From: Leptospira sp.
GTDB taxonomy: Bacteria > Spirochaetota > Leptospiria > Leptospirales > Leptospiraceae
Length of the DNA stretch: 64,000 nt
Assembly: GCA_034439575.1 (NCBI GenBank)
Contig: JAWXAQ010000033.1
Location: 224,001-288,000 of the forward strand
Direction: 5' to 3'
Below the pieces are notes generated by a model that was not told where the DNA came from, did no database searches, and saw only the letters and a program-made list of their open reading frames with translations. Made by a program: the position numbers and the translations under genes. How positions within the stretch are numbered: the first letter of the stretch is position 1; every line of letters begins with the position of its first letter. Below are positions 44,814-56,588 of this stretch, piece after piece.

Positions 44814-45509
44814 ATGAACTTTGAAAGAGGCTCGAAACCAAATCCTACTGGCAATCTGATTGCCTATTGCCATGTATTTGGCGAAAATCCGATTGCCCCT
44901 GGTGGCAAAATTATCGCATCAAATGTCGTCGTGAGTTTTCTAAAAATTGGTGATAACTTTCCTGTTGTTACTTTTCCACCAGTTGCACTTTCTTCTAAGG
45001 ATGAGCTGTTAAAAATTCTTTCCGAAAATATTCATCTCTATGATGTAGTTCAACTTCCTGACTTCCAAATGCCAGATAATAAAGAGCAGGGTAATCAATA
45101 CATTCAAGAACGTATGGAACAGTTCAATGCTATGGTTATGCGTTATGTGGAGTTCTGTAAGGCCAAAGAAAAAAAACAAGCAAACCAACCTAGTGATAGA
45201 ATGGAAGGTTTGAACGAATCTCTGGAAGCTCTGGCAAATCTATCCTTAGAGTTTAGAAGTAGTTCTGGAATTGCGAGAGAAGCTACAAGATTGAAAATGG
45301 ATCGTATAGTCGATTATTTTCAAAATCATCATCCTCAACTTGATATCAATAATTTCAAAAAGGCATTGGCTTTTCCTGGGAAATTAGGAGATGAATTAGT
45401 GAGTCTTTATATTCAAAAATTCAATGCCATTCAAATTGAAAAGTATGAAGATGCCTCCGATTTGAGACGTAGGATTCTCGCCATTGAATCCATGTCCCCC
45501 CAAGCCTAA
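44814..45509 (+). CDS. Hypothetical protein with C-terminal UVR-like helix pair
   Basis: 231-aa ORF ending [17 protein letters not shown]. Confidence 0.7.
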   Translation: MNFERGSKPNPTGNLIAYCHVFGENPIAPGGKIIASNVVVSFLKIGDNFPVVTFPPVALSSKDELLKILSENIHLYDVVQLPDFQMPDNKEQGNQYIQERMEQFNAMVMRYVEFCKAKEKKQANQPSDRMEGLNESLEALANLSLEFRSSSGIAREATRLKMDRIVDYFQNHHPQLDINNFKKALAFPGKLGDELVSLYIQKFNAIQIEKYEDASDLRRRILAIESMSPQA

Positions 45510-45556
45510 TACTTTATCTATAATTGATTGACAAACTATTCCGTGATGATAGATTC

Positions 45557-45970
45557 ATGTCCTTAAGATTTCCTGTGTCCATTGAAAAGAACCAAGCTTT
45601 GCTTCAGAAAATGAAGGAGCTTGAGATTTTAGAAATTCATTTGAAAGAAGTGTTCACTAAGTCCGGCGGTAAAGGTGGACAAAATGTGAATAAAGTTTCG
45701 ACTGCTGTTTTATTAGTTCATATTCCTTCGGGAATTTCAGTAAAGTGCTCTGTTTATCGAACTCAAGGTTTAAATCGATATAAGGCTAGGGCTATCCTAT
45801 GTGAAAAATTCGCCGAATGGAAGTTTGGTGTTAAAAATAGTAAAAGAGATTTAGAAAGAAAGCGCATTATTAAATCAAAGAAAGATAAGTTAAGAAAATC
45901 AAAATCGAGTAAAGCATCGGATGAGAATAAAGCAGAGGAAAATAATTCCTCTCTTGGGATGGAAAATTGA
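45557..45970 (+). CDS. ArfB/C12orf65-like peptidyl-tRNA hydrolase (GGQ ribosome rescue factor)
   Basis: FTKSGGKGGQNVNKVSTAV, RTQGLNR and basic C-terminal tail. Confidence 0.88.
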   Translation: MSLRFPVSIEKNQALLQKMKELEILEIHLKEVFTKSGGKGGQNVNKVSTAVLLVHIPSGISVKCSVYRTQGLNRYKARAILCEKFAEWKFGVKNSKRDLERKRIIKSKKDKLRKSKSSKASDENKAEENNSSLGMEN

Positions 45971-47904
45971 AAGTAGCTCCGTATTATGTTTTATTAAAAA
46001 GACTATTTTACATTTTTTATTTATGTTTATTCATTAGTTGTAATCATTCCTTCCTTCCATTCCAAGCAAATGAATGGAAATCTGATTGGGAAATGCGATG
46101 GATGCCTTTTTCCGAAATTCATTCTGTTTTTACAGCGAGTACAGAAAGCGTAAAGGAATATCTTCCATATAACATTCCTTATATCTCTATGGAAAAAAAT
46201 CAGAATCGAATATTGATTGCGAGAAGAAAAATTACAAATATATCAAATATTTCTTCTCCATCTTTGTATATTCGGGGTGGAGGACAAATTTTATCCATAT
46301 ATGTGGAAGACAAAAAATTAAGTGAACAATATAAAATCGAAGAATTATCAAATGAAAATGGCTTAAAATTTACTAAACTAACATACAATACGCGCTATTT
46401 TCCAGTGATCAACCTAGACCCTTTGGATGAAGGGAAGTATCTATATATTTTATTTTATTCGGAGAAAAATTTCCCCATAGGTTTTTCTGAAACTCCACTA
46501 CTCGCGGATCAAACAGAAAACTATAAGGCACTGGTCAATCGCAATCAATCATTTGCTGGGCTTGGTTTTTTCTTTTTGGTCTTAGGCGTTTTTTCTAGTT
46601 ATCTGTATTTAAGAAGAAAGAAAAAAGCCATCATCGCATTTACCATTTTCTCTTTGTTATCTGGTATCCACTTTATGGCTCAGGTAGGATTTTGGGGATA
46701 TTTCTGGTACAATTATTTTCATTTAAATTTTTATATATTTGTAATCACTCTTTTTTCCATACCAGTATCCGGATTATATTTTTTTGACAAACTATTTGGC
46801 GTGGGTCGTTGGAACATCATACGTATGTTATGGCAGTTCCAATTGATTTTTAGCATTGGTATTCTGACCTTATCTTTTTTTGAGGCGATAACATATACAA
46901 TAGCATTTGTTACATTTTTCTGGGTAGCGATTCCTGCACTTATTTTACAAGTGTTTGTTGCTTGTGCAGAATACTTTTCAGGCAAACCTAGAGCTTGGCT
47001 TTTGATTCTTGGCAGTATGTGCCTATTATTATTTAATTTGCACGATATACTTGCGACTATGGGAAAAATTGACTCACTCGTCCGCCTTTCCCCATGGGGC
47101 TTTTTCCTGTTTGTGTTATCACTTTCACTTTATGGCGAAGAAATTTTCAGAAATTCGGAAGTCAAATACGCCGCCTTACAAAAAGAAATCGTCACTGCAT
47201 CTCGTATTCAAAATGCCATTCTTCCACCAAATCCACCCAAATGGGAAAATTTCGAAATTGCTGTTTATTACCAACCTTCTCATGAAGTAGGGGGAGATTT
47301 TTATGACTTCCAAGCTCTTGGAAATAAAAAATATGGAATATTGATAGCAGATGTCGTTGGACATGGATTAGGTGCCTCTATCATTGCCTCCTTATCAAAA
47401 TTTTCTTTTTTCCAAAACCATACCCATTGGAAAAATCCTTCCTTTTTATTATCATCAATGAACGATGATTTGGTGAAAAGATCCCAAGGAAGATTTACTA
47501 CAGCTTCGTATTTTTACATTGATTTAGAAAAAATGAAATACATTGTCTCTAGTGCAGGTCACCCATCTTTTTTTCATTATAAAAAAGATAAGGGAGTAGT
47601 TTCCGAAATTAAACCAAAAGGCCGTCCTCTCGGAATATTAGAAGATTTGATTTTTATGGAAGAAGAACATCCCATCTCACCCGGGGACCAATTTTTATTG
47701 TACACCGATGGTTTACCTGAAGAGATGGGACCTGGAAATGAAGAATTTGGAACGGATGCTCTAAAAGAACTTTTCCAATTGAATGCTGGACTATCACCAG
47801 AAGTAGCCCTCAAAAAAATTCTAGAAAGTTTTCATTTGAAAGTAGGGTTACTCGGAGCACCTCACGACGATATTACGATGTTGTATGTTTCGGTAAAGGG
47901 GTAA
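45967..47904 (+). CDS. 7TM-DISM sensor PP2C (SpoIIE-family) phosphatase
   Basis: Extracellular domain plus 7 TM; VGGDFYD, IADVVGHG, SAGHP, YTDGL, DDIT. Confidence 0.92.
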   Translation: MKVAPYYVLLKRLFYIFYLCLFISCNHSFLPFQANEWKSDWEMRWMPFSEIHSVFTASTESVKEYLPYNIPYISMEKNQNRILIARRKITNISNISSPSLYIRGGGQILSIYVEDKKLSEQYKIEELSNENGLKFTKLTYNTRYFPVINLDPLDEGKYLYILFYSEKNFPIGFSETPLLADQTENYKALVNRNQSFAGLGFFFLVLGVFSSYLYLRRKKKAIIAFTIFSLLSGIHFMAQVGFWGYFWYNYFHLNFYIFVITLFSIPVSGLYFFDKLFGVGRWNIIRMLWQFQLIFSIGILTLSFFEAITYTIAFVTFFWVAIPALILQVFVACAEYFSGKPRAWLLILGSMCLLLFNLHDILATMGKIDSLVRLSPWGFFLFVLSLSLYGEEIFRNSEVKYAALQKEIVTASRIQNAILPPNPPKWENFEIAVYYQPSHEVGGDFYDFQALGNKKYGILIADVVGHGLGASIIASLSKFSFFQNHTHWKNPSFLLSSMNDDLVKRSQGRFTTASYFYIDLEKMKYIVSSAGHPSFFHYKKDKGVVSEIKPKGRPLGILEDLIFMEEEHPISPGDQFLLYTDGLPEEMGPGNEEFGTDALKELFQLNAGLSPEVALKKILESFHLKVGLLGAPHDDITMLYVSVKG

Positions 47905-47907
47905 AGT

Positions 47908-48003
47908 GCAAACCTTGTTCCCTTCTCCCTTCCCTCTCACCTCCGTGTTCGAAGGAAGGACTCCGACATCCATGTCTCCGTTACCGATGGAAACAAGGTT
48001 TGC
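47908..48003. repeat. GC-rich ~96-bp hairpin element (REP/MITE-like)
   Basis: 12-bp terminal inverted repeat GCAAACCTTGTT / AACAAGGTTTGC; internal CCTTCC/GGAAGG and GACAT-CC-ATGTC stems. Confidence 0.6.
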
Positions 48004-48477
48004 TTGCCGAAGAAAGAAAGATCGATTAACAAGATTTGGTTTTGAGTAAGGGCACATTCAGTTTGTTAGTTGTATTAGTATTTTTTGATTATAAGCAAAT
48101 CCAATTTCTGAAGGATGCAATGATAGATTGGTGGAGGCGGTTGCGTAGGGTGTTTTAGTGTATTGCGTATAACATACCCAAAAAATATAAAATAGTTTCT
48201 CATCCAATACTCAGTGGACTTTATCAAATTTACATCTGTGAAAAAGTCGCTTATGTAAAATTTAATTTTTGTTATGCCGGGAAGTCTCTGCATATGGGGA
48301 AGTATTTCTTATGTAAGAAAATACGAATCTTTAGAAAAATTGGTTCCATTTCGTTAGTAAAATTGTGATATAACGCTTGGTTTGCGAGTGACATTGGAAT
48401 ATTAATTTTATTATTTCGCTAAAACTTCTGTCTTAACAAACAAAACATCTGTGATTATAGTTTTTACGAGCCTCAGT

Positions 48478-49044
48478 TCAATCTACTTTCTCTATATCTC
48501 CCGAAGGTGATTCTCGAGTCAGATAATCCATTATCCATTCCTGTTTTTTTTCATCGAAATGAAAACCTATGTTTAATAATTTTCCATTGTCTACTCGAAT
48601 AAAATAGTCTTGAATATTTTCATATTCTAATGCATTAGATGAGACTAAATTCCTATTCTTAGGATGAAGAGCCTTTAATACTTCATCGAGAGGAAAGCAT
48701 TTCAATAGGCCATTCTTATCATTAAAGGAGTAGCTATATCCATATTTGTATTCACCTTTTTCACATAAAAAACTGTCATTGTTCGGTGGCCTCGGAACTC
48801 TGAGTAAAGGCTCTATGGACTTTTCTTTTATCATTTGTAACTTTAAACGATTCACGAAACTCAGAAACGATTCTTTCATTTTTATTTTTTCTTCGCGCGA
48901 GGGTGGGTTTCCATAAGTCAACAATTCTTTATTTTGTGATGTCGATGATATTCTTTCCCCATTTATAATATCTTTACCATCATCTTCCTTCTGACAATTT
49001 ACAAAGATAAATATGAGAAAAATCACAAATAAAAATTTATTCAT
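48478..49044 (-). CDS. Hypothetical lipoprotein (candidate immunity protein)
   Basis: MNKFLFVIFLIFIFVNC lipoprotein signal; ATGA overlap with upstream peptidase-like ORF. Confidence 0.7.
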   Translation of the reverse strand: MNKFLFVIFLIFIFVNCQKEDDGKDIINGERISSTSQNKELLTYGNPPSREEKIKMKESFLSFVNRLKLQMIKEKSIEPLLRVPRPPNNDSFLCEKGEYKYGYSYSFNDKNGLLKCFPLDEVLKALHPKNRNLVSSNALEYENIQDYFIRVDNGKLLNIGFHFDEKKQEWIMDYLTRESPSGDIEKVD

Positions 49045-50162
49045 GATTCTGTTCCAGATGCCATTTTCTTTTTTGTTAAATAGAAATGTAAATGATCGTA
49101 ATGACCTTTTTCTGATCTAATTATCTTTAATCCTTTTGGCATATTCTTACGAATTTCATTATACAATTCTGTATCATTGAATAATACATTCAACTCATAA
49201 TCGTCTGGTAATTGGGATGCAGCTCGTCGGATTAATTCAATGGTTTTTTCTCGAGGGTAGGTTGAATTTTTATCATTCCACATTTCTCCTGGGAAAGGGA
49301 TTGTATCATTCTTTGATGGATATTTTTTATCTAGTTCCATCACTGTCATATATGTATCGTGCCAATTAGTATCCGCACCTTTCGGAAAACTATGATCATT
49401 TTTATTCATGGTTCGACCAATCGGTAGGGAATCCTGAATCCTATGAATGAACTCTTCAAAAGTCGGTGTTACATACTGATGAAACTCTCCGGTATTACTA
49501 TAAATTTTAAGATTTGGATGTGTAGCTAATGTTGTAACAAGTGTGCCGTTCTCACATTTAATTGATTCAGTCGATACAACTTTACGCTTACATTCGATTT
49601 TACTATATGTCTTTTTGGCATTATTTAAGTTATCTTCCATTTCTTTTTGAGTCTTTATTACGTAGGAAGAATCGTTTCCACCTAATCTGCTTCCTTTCTT
49701 CTGTGTACTGATATCTTTTGAATATTTTCGTTATAAAATTGAGCAGACTGATCTATTTTGGTCTGCTCTTGTAACTTATTTTCTTGATTTATCATATCTA
49801 ATCTTAATTGTTCCGTAATGTTTTTAACTTTTACATCTTTCGGAAAGTTTTCATATTTAGACTTAAATTCAGTTTCAGAAACTAGATTAACATATTCACC
49901 TTCCCGAAACAGAGTCGAAAATTCATTTTTAAACTTTTCAATTGATCTATCAACTTTGCCGATGCTTTTGGATCACCTAAGGCTTCGAATACGATAGCAC
50001 TTTGTCCATTTTTTACATTAATTTAAAAAAAGTATCAATGCCATTGCTAATAAATTGTCTTTTTTCGGCTGGCTTTACTGTTTTAGTTATGTTATTCATC
50101 TGCTTCGGTGGTTTTTTTAAAATATCAGATTGCTTCATGATTCTTTCATAAATTCTTTGCAC
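49041..50162 (-). pseudogene. Fragmented gene ending in a MepA/M15-like peptidoglycan peptidase domain (intact ORF part 49041-49640)
   Basis: C-terminal YPREKTIELI...LFND...GHYDHLHF; upstream coding-like frames (KVDRSIEKFKNEF..., VQRIYERIMK...) broken by frameshifts. Confidence 0.55.
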
Positions 50163-50260
50163 CTAATCACACTTGATCGTACCTTACAAAGAACTATTCT
50201 TCAAATGCTTTCTCATTCATAATAATTCTTAAATTTTTAAATTTTGCTCCTCTCAAGCAT

Positions 50261-50291
50261 AAAAAAAGCCCAGGATTTCTCCCAGGCTTTT
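50261..50291 (-). terminator. Rho-independent terminator of groESL
   Basis: Minus strand GCCTGGGA-GAAA-TCCTGGGC followed by T7. Confidence 0.85.
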
Positions 50292-50338
50292 GGATCGTTT
50301 GGTCTGAAAACAGACGTTAGATGTTTCGGAATTCCGAA

Positions 50339-52009
<1,671 letters not shown>

Positions 52010-52012
52010 TTA

Positions 52013-52303
52013 TTATTTGGAAACGACTGCAAGAATGTCGCTTTCACGAATGATAAGGTAGTCTTTGCCACCTTGTTTAATTTCAGTTCCGGAATATTTT
52101 CCGTAGAGAACGATATCGCCCACTTTTACTTCAAGAGGAATGAGTTTTCCGTCTTCGTATTTTCCTTGTCCCACTGCCGTTACTTTTCCTTCTTGAGGTT
52201 TTTCTTTTGCAGTATCTGGTACAATGATGGATCCGATTTTTTCTTCAGCCTCGTTCTTAGGCTCAACAACCACTCTATCTCCCAACGGTTTGATCGATGA
52301 CAT
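52013..52303 (-). CDS. groS: Co-chaperonin GroES
   Basis: [29 protein letters not shown]. Confidence 0.98.
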   Translation of the reverse strand: MSSIKPLGDRVVVEPKNEAEEKIGSIIVPDTAKEKPQEGKVTAVGQGKYEDGKLIPLEVKVGDIVLYGKYSGTEIKQGGKDYLIIRESDILAVVSK

Positions 52304-52344
52304 AGGTTAGTCTCCTTTATCTAATTATTTCTAGTATTTTGAAA

Positions 52345-52371
52345 TTAGCACACTTTCAAAAAGAGTGCTAA
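52345..52371. promoter_or_regulatory. CIRCE element (HrcA operator)
   Basis: TTAGCACAC-N9-GAGTGCTAA, one mismatch to consensus TTAGCACTC-N9-GAGTGCTAA. Confidence 0.92.
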
Positions 52372-52382
52372 ATCTAAATACC

Positions 52383-52411
52383 AGGGTAGGAGAGTGGTCG
52401 TTTTTGGTCAA
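52383..52411 (-). promoter_or_regulatory. Sigma70-type groESL promoter
   Basis: Minus strand TTGACC-N17-TACCCT between the two CIRCE elements. Confidence 0.6.
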
Positions 52412-52435
52412 GCACTTGAGTGCTTAGAGTGCTAA
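52409..52435. promoter_or_regulatory. Second, degenerate CIRCE element
   Basis: Minus strand TTAGCACTC-TAAGCACTC-AAGTGCTTG; overlaps the -35 box and the upstream stop codon. Confidence 0.7.
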
Positions 52436-54027
52436 AATCCGAAAAGCCCTGTCTTTTTACGGCGTGTTGTTTTGGTAGTAGAGATCCCGAGCATTCCCAA
52501 AAGTCCTCGCGTGACCTCTTTGGCAACGGTCCTTCCCACTTCTCTGGCCAATGGATTTTTGGACAATGTTTCGACAAAACTTGGGTCTTCTTTTTCTGCC
52601 TTTCGCTTTTCTCTTTTTTCGGATTTTCCTTTTTCTTCGATTTCGGCTTCTTCTTCGCCTTCCGCTATGCTATCAATTTTATTAGAAAGAATTTCGTAAG
52701 CTGAATCCCTATCGATTGCTTTTGCGTATTTTTCAACAAGTTTTGATTTTGAAATCAAATCAGCCAATTCCTCTTTGGAAAGGATGTCCATACGCGAGCT
52801 AGGTGGTGCAAGCATTGTACGAACTAGGGGAGTAGGAACACCTTTTTGATTTAGAGCTGTTATAAATGCTTCACCAATTCCAAGTTTGGTGATCTCTTCA
52901 TCCACATCATAAAATTCTGTTGTAGGATAATTTTCCGCCGCTTGTTTGATCGCTTTTCTATCATTGGCAGTAAAGGCACGCAAAGCATGTTGTACTTTTA
53001 ATCCGAGTTGGGCAAGGATCTGTGGTGGAACATCGGTTGGTGATTGTGTGCAGAAAAAGATTCCCACACCCTTAGAACGAATCAGTCGCACCATAGATTC
53101 GATTTGATTGATTAATTCTTTGGAAGCTTCATCAAAAACAAGATGCGCTTCATCAATAAAGATCGCAAGTTTCGGAGCTTCGATATCGCCTTCTTCTGGA
53201 AAATTACCATAAATTTCGGTAAGTAGGCTTAGCATAAAGGTAGAGAACAATCTCGGCTTTGATTGAATGTCTGTTAAACGAATAATATTGATGGTTCCAT
53301 ACCCGTTTTTACTTGTTTTTAACAAATCCTCAACCTCAAAGGATGGTTCTCCAAAAAAGGCTTCTGCGCCTTGGCCTTCCAATTCTATAATTTTACGCAA
53401 TATTGTTGATGTGGATGTGGAAGAGATCGAGCCGTATTCTTTTTCGATTTCTTCTTGGCCTTCGTTTGTGAGGTATTGTAAGGCTTTTTTGATGTCTTTG
53501 AGATCAAGAAGGGGTATGCCTTTGTCATCACAATATTTGAATACAAGCGCTATGACACCACTTTGCGTTTCATTTAAGCCCAAAATTCTTGAAAACAAAA
53601 CTGGTCCAAATTCTGTAACTGTGGCAAGAAGCCTAGCACCAGATTCATTGGAAAGGCTAAGGAATTCCACAGGAAAACCTTCATTTTTCCATTCAATTCC
53701 TAAGTCATTGGCTCTCTTTTTAATTACATCTTTTTCTTCGCCTTCTTTGGCAATTCCAGAAAGGTCGCCCTTGATATCCATAAGTAACACTGGAATTCCT
53801 GCGCGAGATAGATTTTCGGTTAACAATTGTAATGTTTTTGTTTTTCCTGTTCCTGTGGCTCCTGCGATCAGTCCGTGACGGTTAAGCGTAGAAAGTGGAA
53901 TTTGAATTTTCGCCTCTTTTTCTACCTGATCCCCAAGCATTCCTGCACCTAAGAAAATTGATTTTGTTTTAGATTCATAACCTGACTTAATGTGCTCGAG
54001 AAATTCGGAAGAAACTTTTTTGGACAT
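52432..54027 (-). CDS. HerA-like P-loop ATPase (DUF853/YjgR family)
   Basis: LNRHGLIAGATGTGKTKTLQ, DIKGDLSG, FIDEAHL, RLIRSKGVG, QHALRAFT. Confidence 0.9.
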   Translation of the reverse strand: MSKKVSSEFLEHIKSGYESKTKSIFLGAGMLGDQVEKEAKIQIPLSTLNRHGLIAGATGTGKTKTLQLLTENLSRAGIPVLLMDIKGDLSGIAKEGEEKDVIKKRANDLGIEWKNEGFPVEFLSLSNESGARLLATVTEFGPVLFSRILGLNETQSGVIALVFKYCDDKGIPLLDLKDIKKALQYLTNEGQEEIEKEYGSISSTSTSTILRKIIELEGQGAEAFFGEPSFEVEDLLKTSKNGYGTINIIRLTDIQSKPRLFSTFMLSLLTEIYGNFPEEGDIEAPKLAIFIDEAHLVFDEASKELINQIESMVRLIRSKGVGIFFCTQSPTDVPPQILAQLGLKVQHALRAFTANDRKAIKQAAENYPTTEFYDVDEEITKLGIGEAFITALNQKGVPTPLVRTMLAPPSSRMDILSKEELADLISKSKLVEKYAKAIDRDSAYEILSNKIDSIAEGEEEAEIEEKGKSEKREKRKAEKEDPSFVETLSKNPLAREVGRTVAKEVTRGLLGMLGISTTKTTRRKKTGLFGF

Positions 54028-54167
54028 TTTTTTGTTTACCTTATGTTACGAAACACTTTCATCTTTTAGGACTCACAATGGCAAGCAAAGATCAAATGGA
54101 TATTGGTAAAATTAAAAGATTGATTTCCTTTCTGTTTATATTCTGATATAGGAGTTCTCCTTATATA

Positions 54168-56588
54168 ATGAATCGAATTATAAATCAAAAAAATATCTAT
54201 AAGTATGGCGCTTTCATAATCTTTAGCGTCTGTTTGGTCAATTTTAATACATGTAAAAAAACCGATAAAGTCGAAAACAAAATAGAAATTTCAAGTCCTG
54301 GTATTTTGGATTTGAGTGGATTAAATTTTGATTTGATAGAACCGTTTCCGCTCGCTGGTCAATGGGATGCATTTCCAGGTCTTTTACCTTCCACTCCAGA
54401 AGAGTTTTTAGCTCTCGATAACCAAACTCCAGTTTCACTAAAAATTCCTGGTTATTGGGTAAATCAAAATTTGCCTGCAAATGGTTATGTGACTTATAGG
54501 CTTAAACTTAAAGTTACAGAGCCTGGCAACTTAATGTTATATTTGCGAGAGGCATCTTCTGCTTATAAGATCTTTGTATGGAGTAAGGAAAGAGGATTAA
54601 ACGAATTAGGTAGTGCTGGAAAACTTTCAAAAACCAAAGAAGATAGCATTGGTTATTATTCGCAAACAGCAAAGGCTTTCCGCGTTTTTCCTGGGAGTAT
54701 CATTTTTTTTCAAGTATCAAATTATCTTTATTCCAGGGGCGGAGCTTACTATAGCCCGATCTTAGGTGGATCAGAGAAAACCTTGATTTATTTACGCGAC
54801 AAGGAAAGAAAAAAGTTCTTTTTTGTAGGTGTATTTTTTTTACTTTTTCTTTATCATTTACTTTTGTTTATACATAGAGTTAAAGATAAGTTTACCTTAT
54901 TTTATTCTTTAATGTGCCTTGCTTGGTTTGTTCGAATTTTATTGTTTGAGCGTGTAACAAGAAATTGGTTTGAGCCTTCGGATTTTATGGAGATGAGTCA
55001 AATTAGGTTAGAATATTTAGCATTTATAACTTTGCAAATTTTCTCTCTGCAGTTCTTTTATCAGTTCTTTTCTCCCTATATAAAATACAAAATCAAAAAT
55101 ATTTTCCTAATACCTTTACTTGTAATATTTGCATTAACTTTAGTTACACCTTACTCGTTCTATACAAATTTTTTACAAGTCACGCAAGTTTATATGATGG
55201 TTCTTTTGTTGTATTCATATTACGCAGTATTCAAATACCTTCAATCAAAAGACACTCGTTATTCTGGCACAGTGTTTTTGATTGGCACTTCGGCGATTCT
55301 CTTTACGACGATATTTGATTCTATTATCTTCTTAAAACGATTGGATTTACCATTTTTGACAGATTTTGGGTTCACATTTTATTCTATTTGTTTAGCGGTT
55401 GTTATCTCTAGCCGAAATTCACATGCATGGGAAACGGCTGAATATCTTACTTTAAATTTAAGAAACGAAGTGGATTGGAAAACGATTGAACTCAGAAAAG
55501 AAAAAGAAAAAGCCGAAAAAGCAAGTGAGTTAAAGGACAAGTTTATCTCCATTGTTTCGCATGACATCAGATCACCTCTATTTGGTATTTCCTCCGTCAT
55601 GAACCTGTTAACTGAAACTCCACCCAGCATGACACCTGATCGCGCACAAAAAGTTTTAAACGATGCGGCTGTTGGATTAAAAAATCTCCTTTCGATGGTA
55701 GAAGATCTAATCCAGTATTCACGGTTCCAAAATGCTACCATATTTCCTGATTATCAATTATTTGATTTCTATCAGTTGTTAGACTCTCTGTATGAGAAGG
55801 CAAAACCTATAATTGATGTTAAAAATATTAAATTCGAAATGAATGTGCAAGAATCTAGTATTGGTATCGGTGACCCACATTTGATCCAACACTTGATTTG
55901 GAATCTTTTAACAAATGCATTCAAATTCACTTCTCCTAAAGGTGTTGTCAATGTGACTGTCCTTGAAAAGGAAAACCGATGGCAAGTGATAGTTACAGAT
56001 AATGGTATAGGATTTCCAGACACATGGGCTACGAATTTACTGAATGAAGGCTTTCAGTATTTAAGAAAAGGAACTGCGGATGAAATAGGAGCTGGTGTCG
56101 GTCTTGCATTTTGCAAAGAAGTATGTGAAAGGCATGGTGGTGAAATCCTCGCTGAATCCAAAGAAGGTGAGGGCTCTAAGTTCACTTTCATATTACCAAA
56201 TTATGATAAAGTGGTTATGGTATTGGATGACAATCCAGGTTATAGAAGCCAACTCAGAAAAATTTTAAGAAAAGTACCTGTTGTTATTTGGGAAGAAGAA
56301 TTTGCGGATCATGCGCTCCGTTCGATCACAAAACTAAAACCAGATCTGATCATAGTGGATTTTTCTATGCCTGATAAAGATGGTCTGACTTTTTTGCATG
56401 AACTCTATGCCAATCCTGATATGTCAGAAATCAAATCCATTATGTTATCGAGTTCCCAAACTGATCCGAGAACTGGCAAAAAATTAGAATTGGATCTTTT
56501 ACAAGCAGGGGGGGATGCTTTTTTCCGAAAAAGTATTTCCGAAGAGAGATTGCTTGTGGAAATACAAAAACTATTGAAGTTAAATTAA
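54168..56588 (+). CDS. Hybrid sensor histidine kinase/response regulator with 7TM-DISM input
   Basis: 7 TM; SHDIRSPL H-box, NLLTNAFKF, DNGIG, GAGVGL; C-terminal receiver DFSMPDKDG. Confidence 0.93.
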   Translation: MNRIINQKNIYKYGAFIIFSVCLVNFNTCKKTDKVENKIEISSPGILDLSGLNFDLIEPFPLAGQWDAFPGLLPSTPEEFLALDNQTPVSLKIPGYWVNQNLPANGYVTYRLKLKVTEPGNLMLYLREASSAYKIFVWSKERGLNELGSAGKLSKTKEDSIGYYSQTAKAFRVFPGSIIFFQVSNYLYSRGGAYYSPILGGSEKTLIYLRDKERKKFFFVGVFFLLFLYHLLLFIHRVKDKFTLFYSLMCLAWFVRILLFERVTRNWFEPSDFMEMSQIRLEYLAFITLQIFSLQFFYQFFSPYIKYKIKNIFLIPLLVIFALTLVTPYSFYTNFLQVTQVYMMVLLLYSYYAVFKYLQSKDTRYSGTVFLIGTSAILFTTIFDSIIFLKRLDLPFLTDFGFTFYSICLAVVISSRNSHAWETAEYLTLNLRNEVDWKTIELRKEKEKAEKASELKDKFISIVSHDIRSPLFGISSVMNLLTETPPSMTPDRAQKVLNDAAVGLKNLLSMVEDLIQYSRFQNATIFPDYQLFDFYQLLDSLYEKAKPIIDVKNIKFEMNVQESSIGIGDPHLIQHLIWNLLTNAFKFTSPKGVVNVTVLEKENRWQVIVTDNGIGFPDTWATNLLNEGFQYLRKGTADEIGAGVGLAFCKEVCERHGGEILAESKEGEGSKFTFILPNYDKVVMVLDDNPGYRSQLRKILRKVPVVIWEEEFADHALRSITKLKPDLIIVDFSMPDKDGLTFLHELYANPDMSEIKSIMLSSSQTDPRTGKKLELDLLQAGGDAFFRKSISEERLLVEIQKLLKLN

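Noticed and set aside
48164-48278. GTATAAC ... GTTATGC pair resembling integron attC core sites
   Set aside because: The interior lacks convincing dyad symmetry, and there is no second copy or integron integrase in the window.
47848-48293. Short minus-strand ORFs 47848-48057 and 48075-48293
   Set aside because: No motifs or clear RBS; the first spans the hairpin element and overlaps the phosphatase gene.
49741-49768. GAGCAGAC...GTCTGCTC inverted repeat
   Set aside because: Lies within a coding remnant, has no U-tract, and is likely coincidental.
52432-54027. HerA-like ATPase as an anti-phage system component
   Set aside because: It is the widespread DUF853/YjgR type, with no adjacent nuclease or SIR2 partner.
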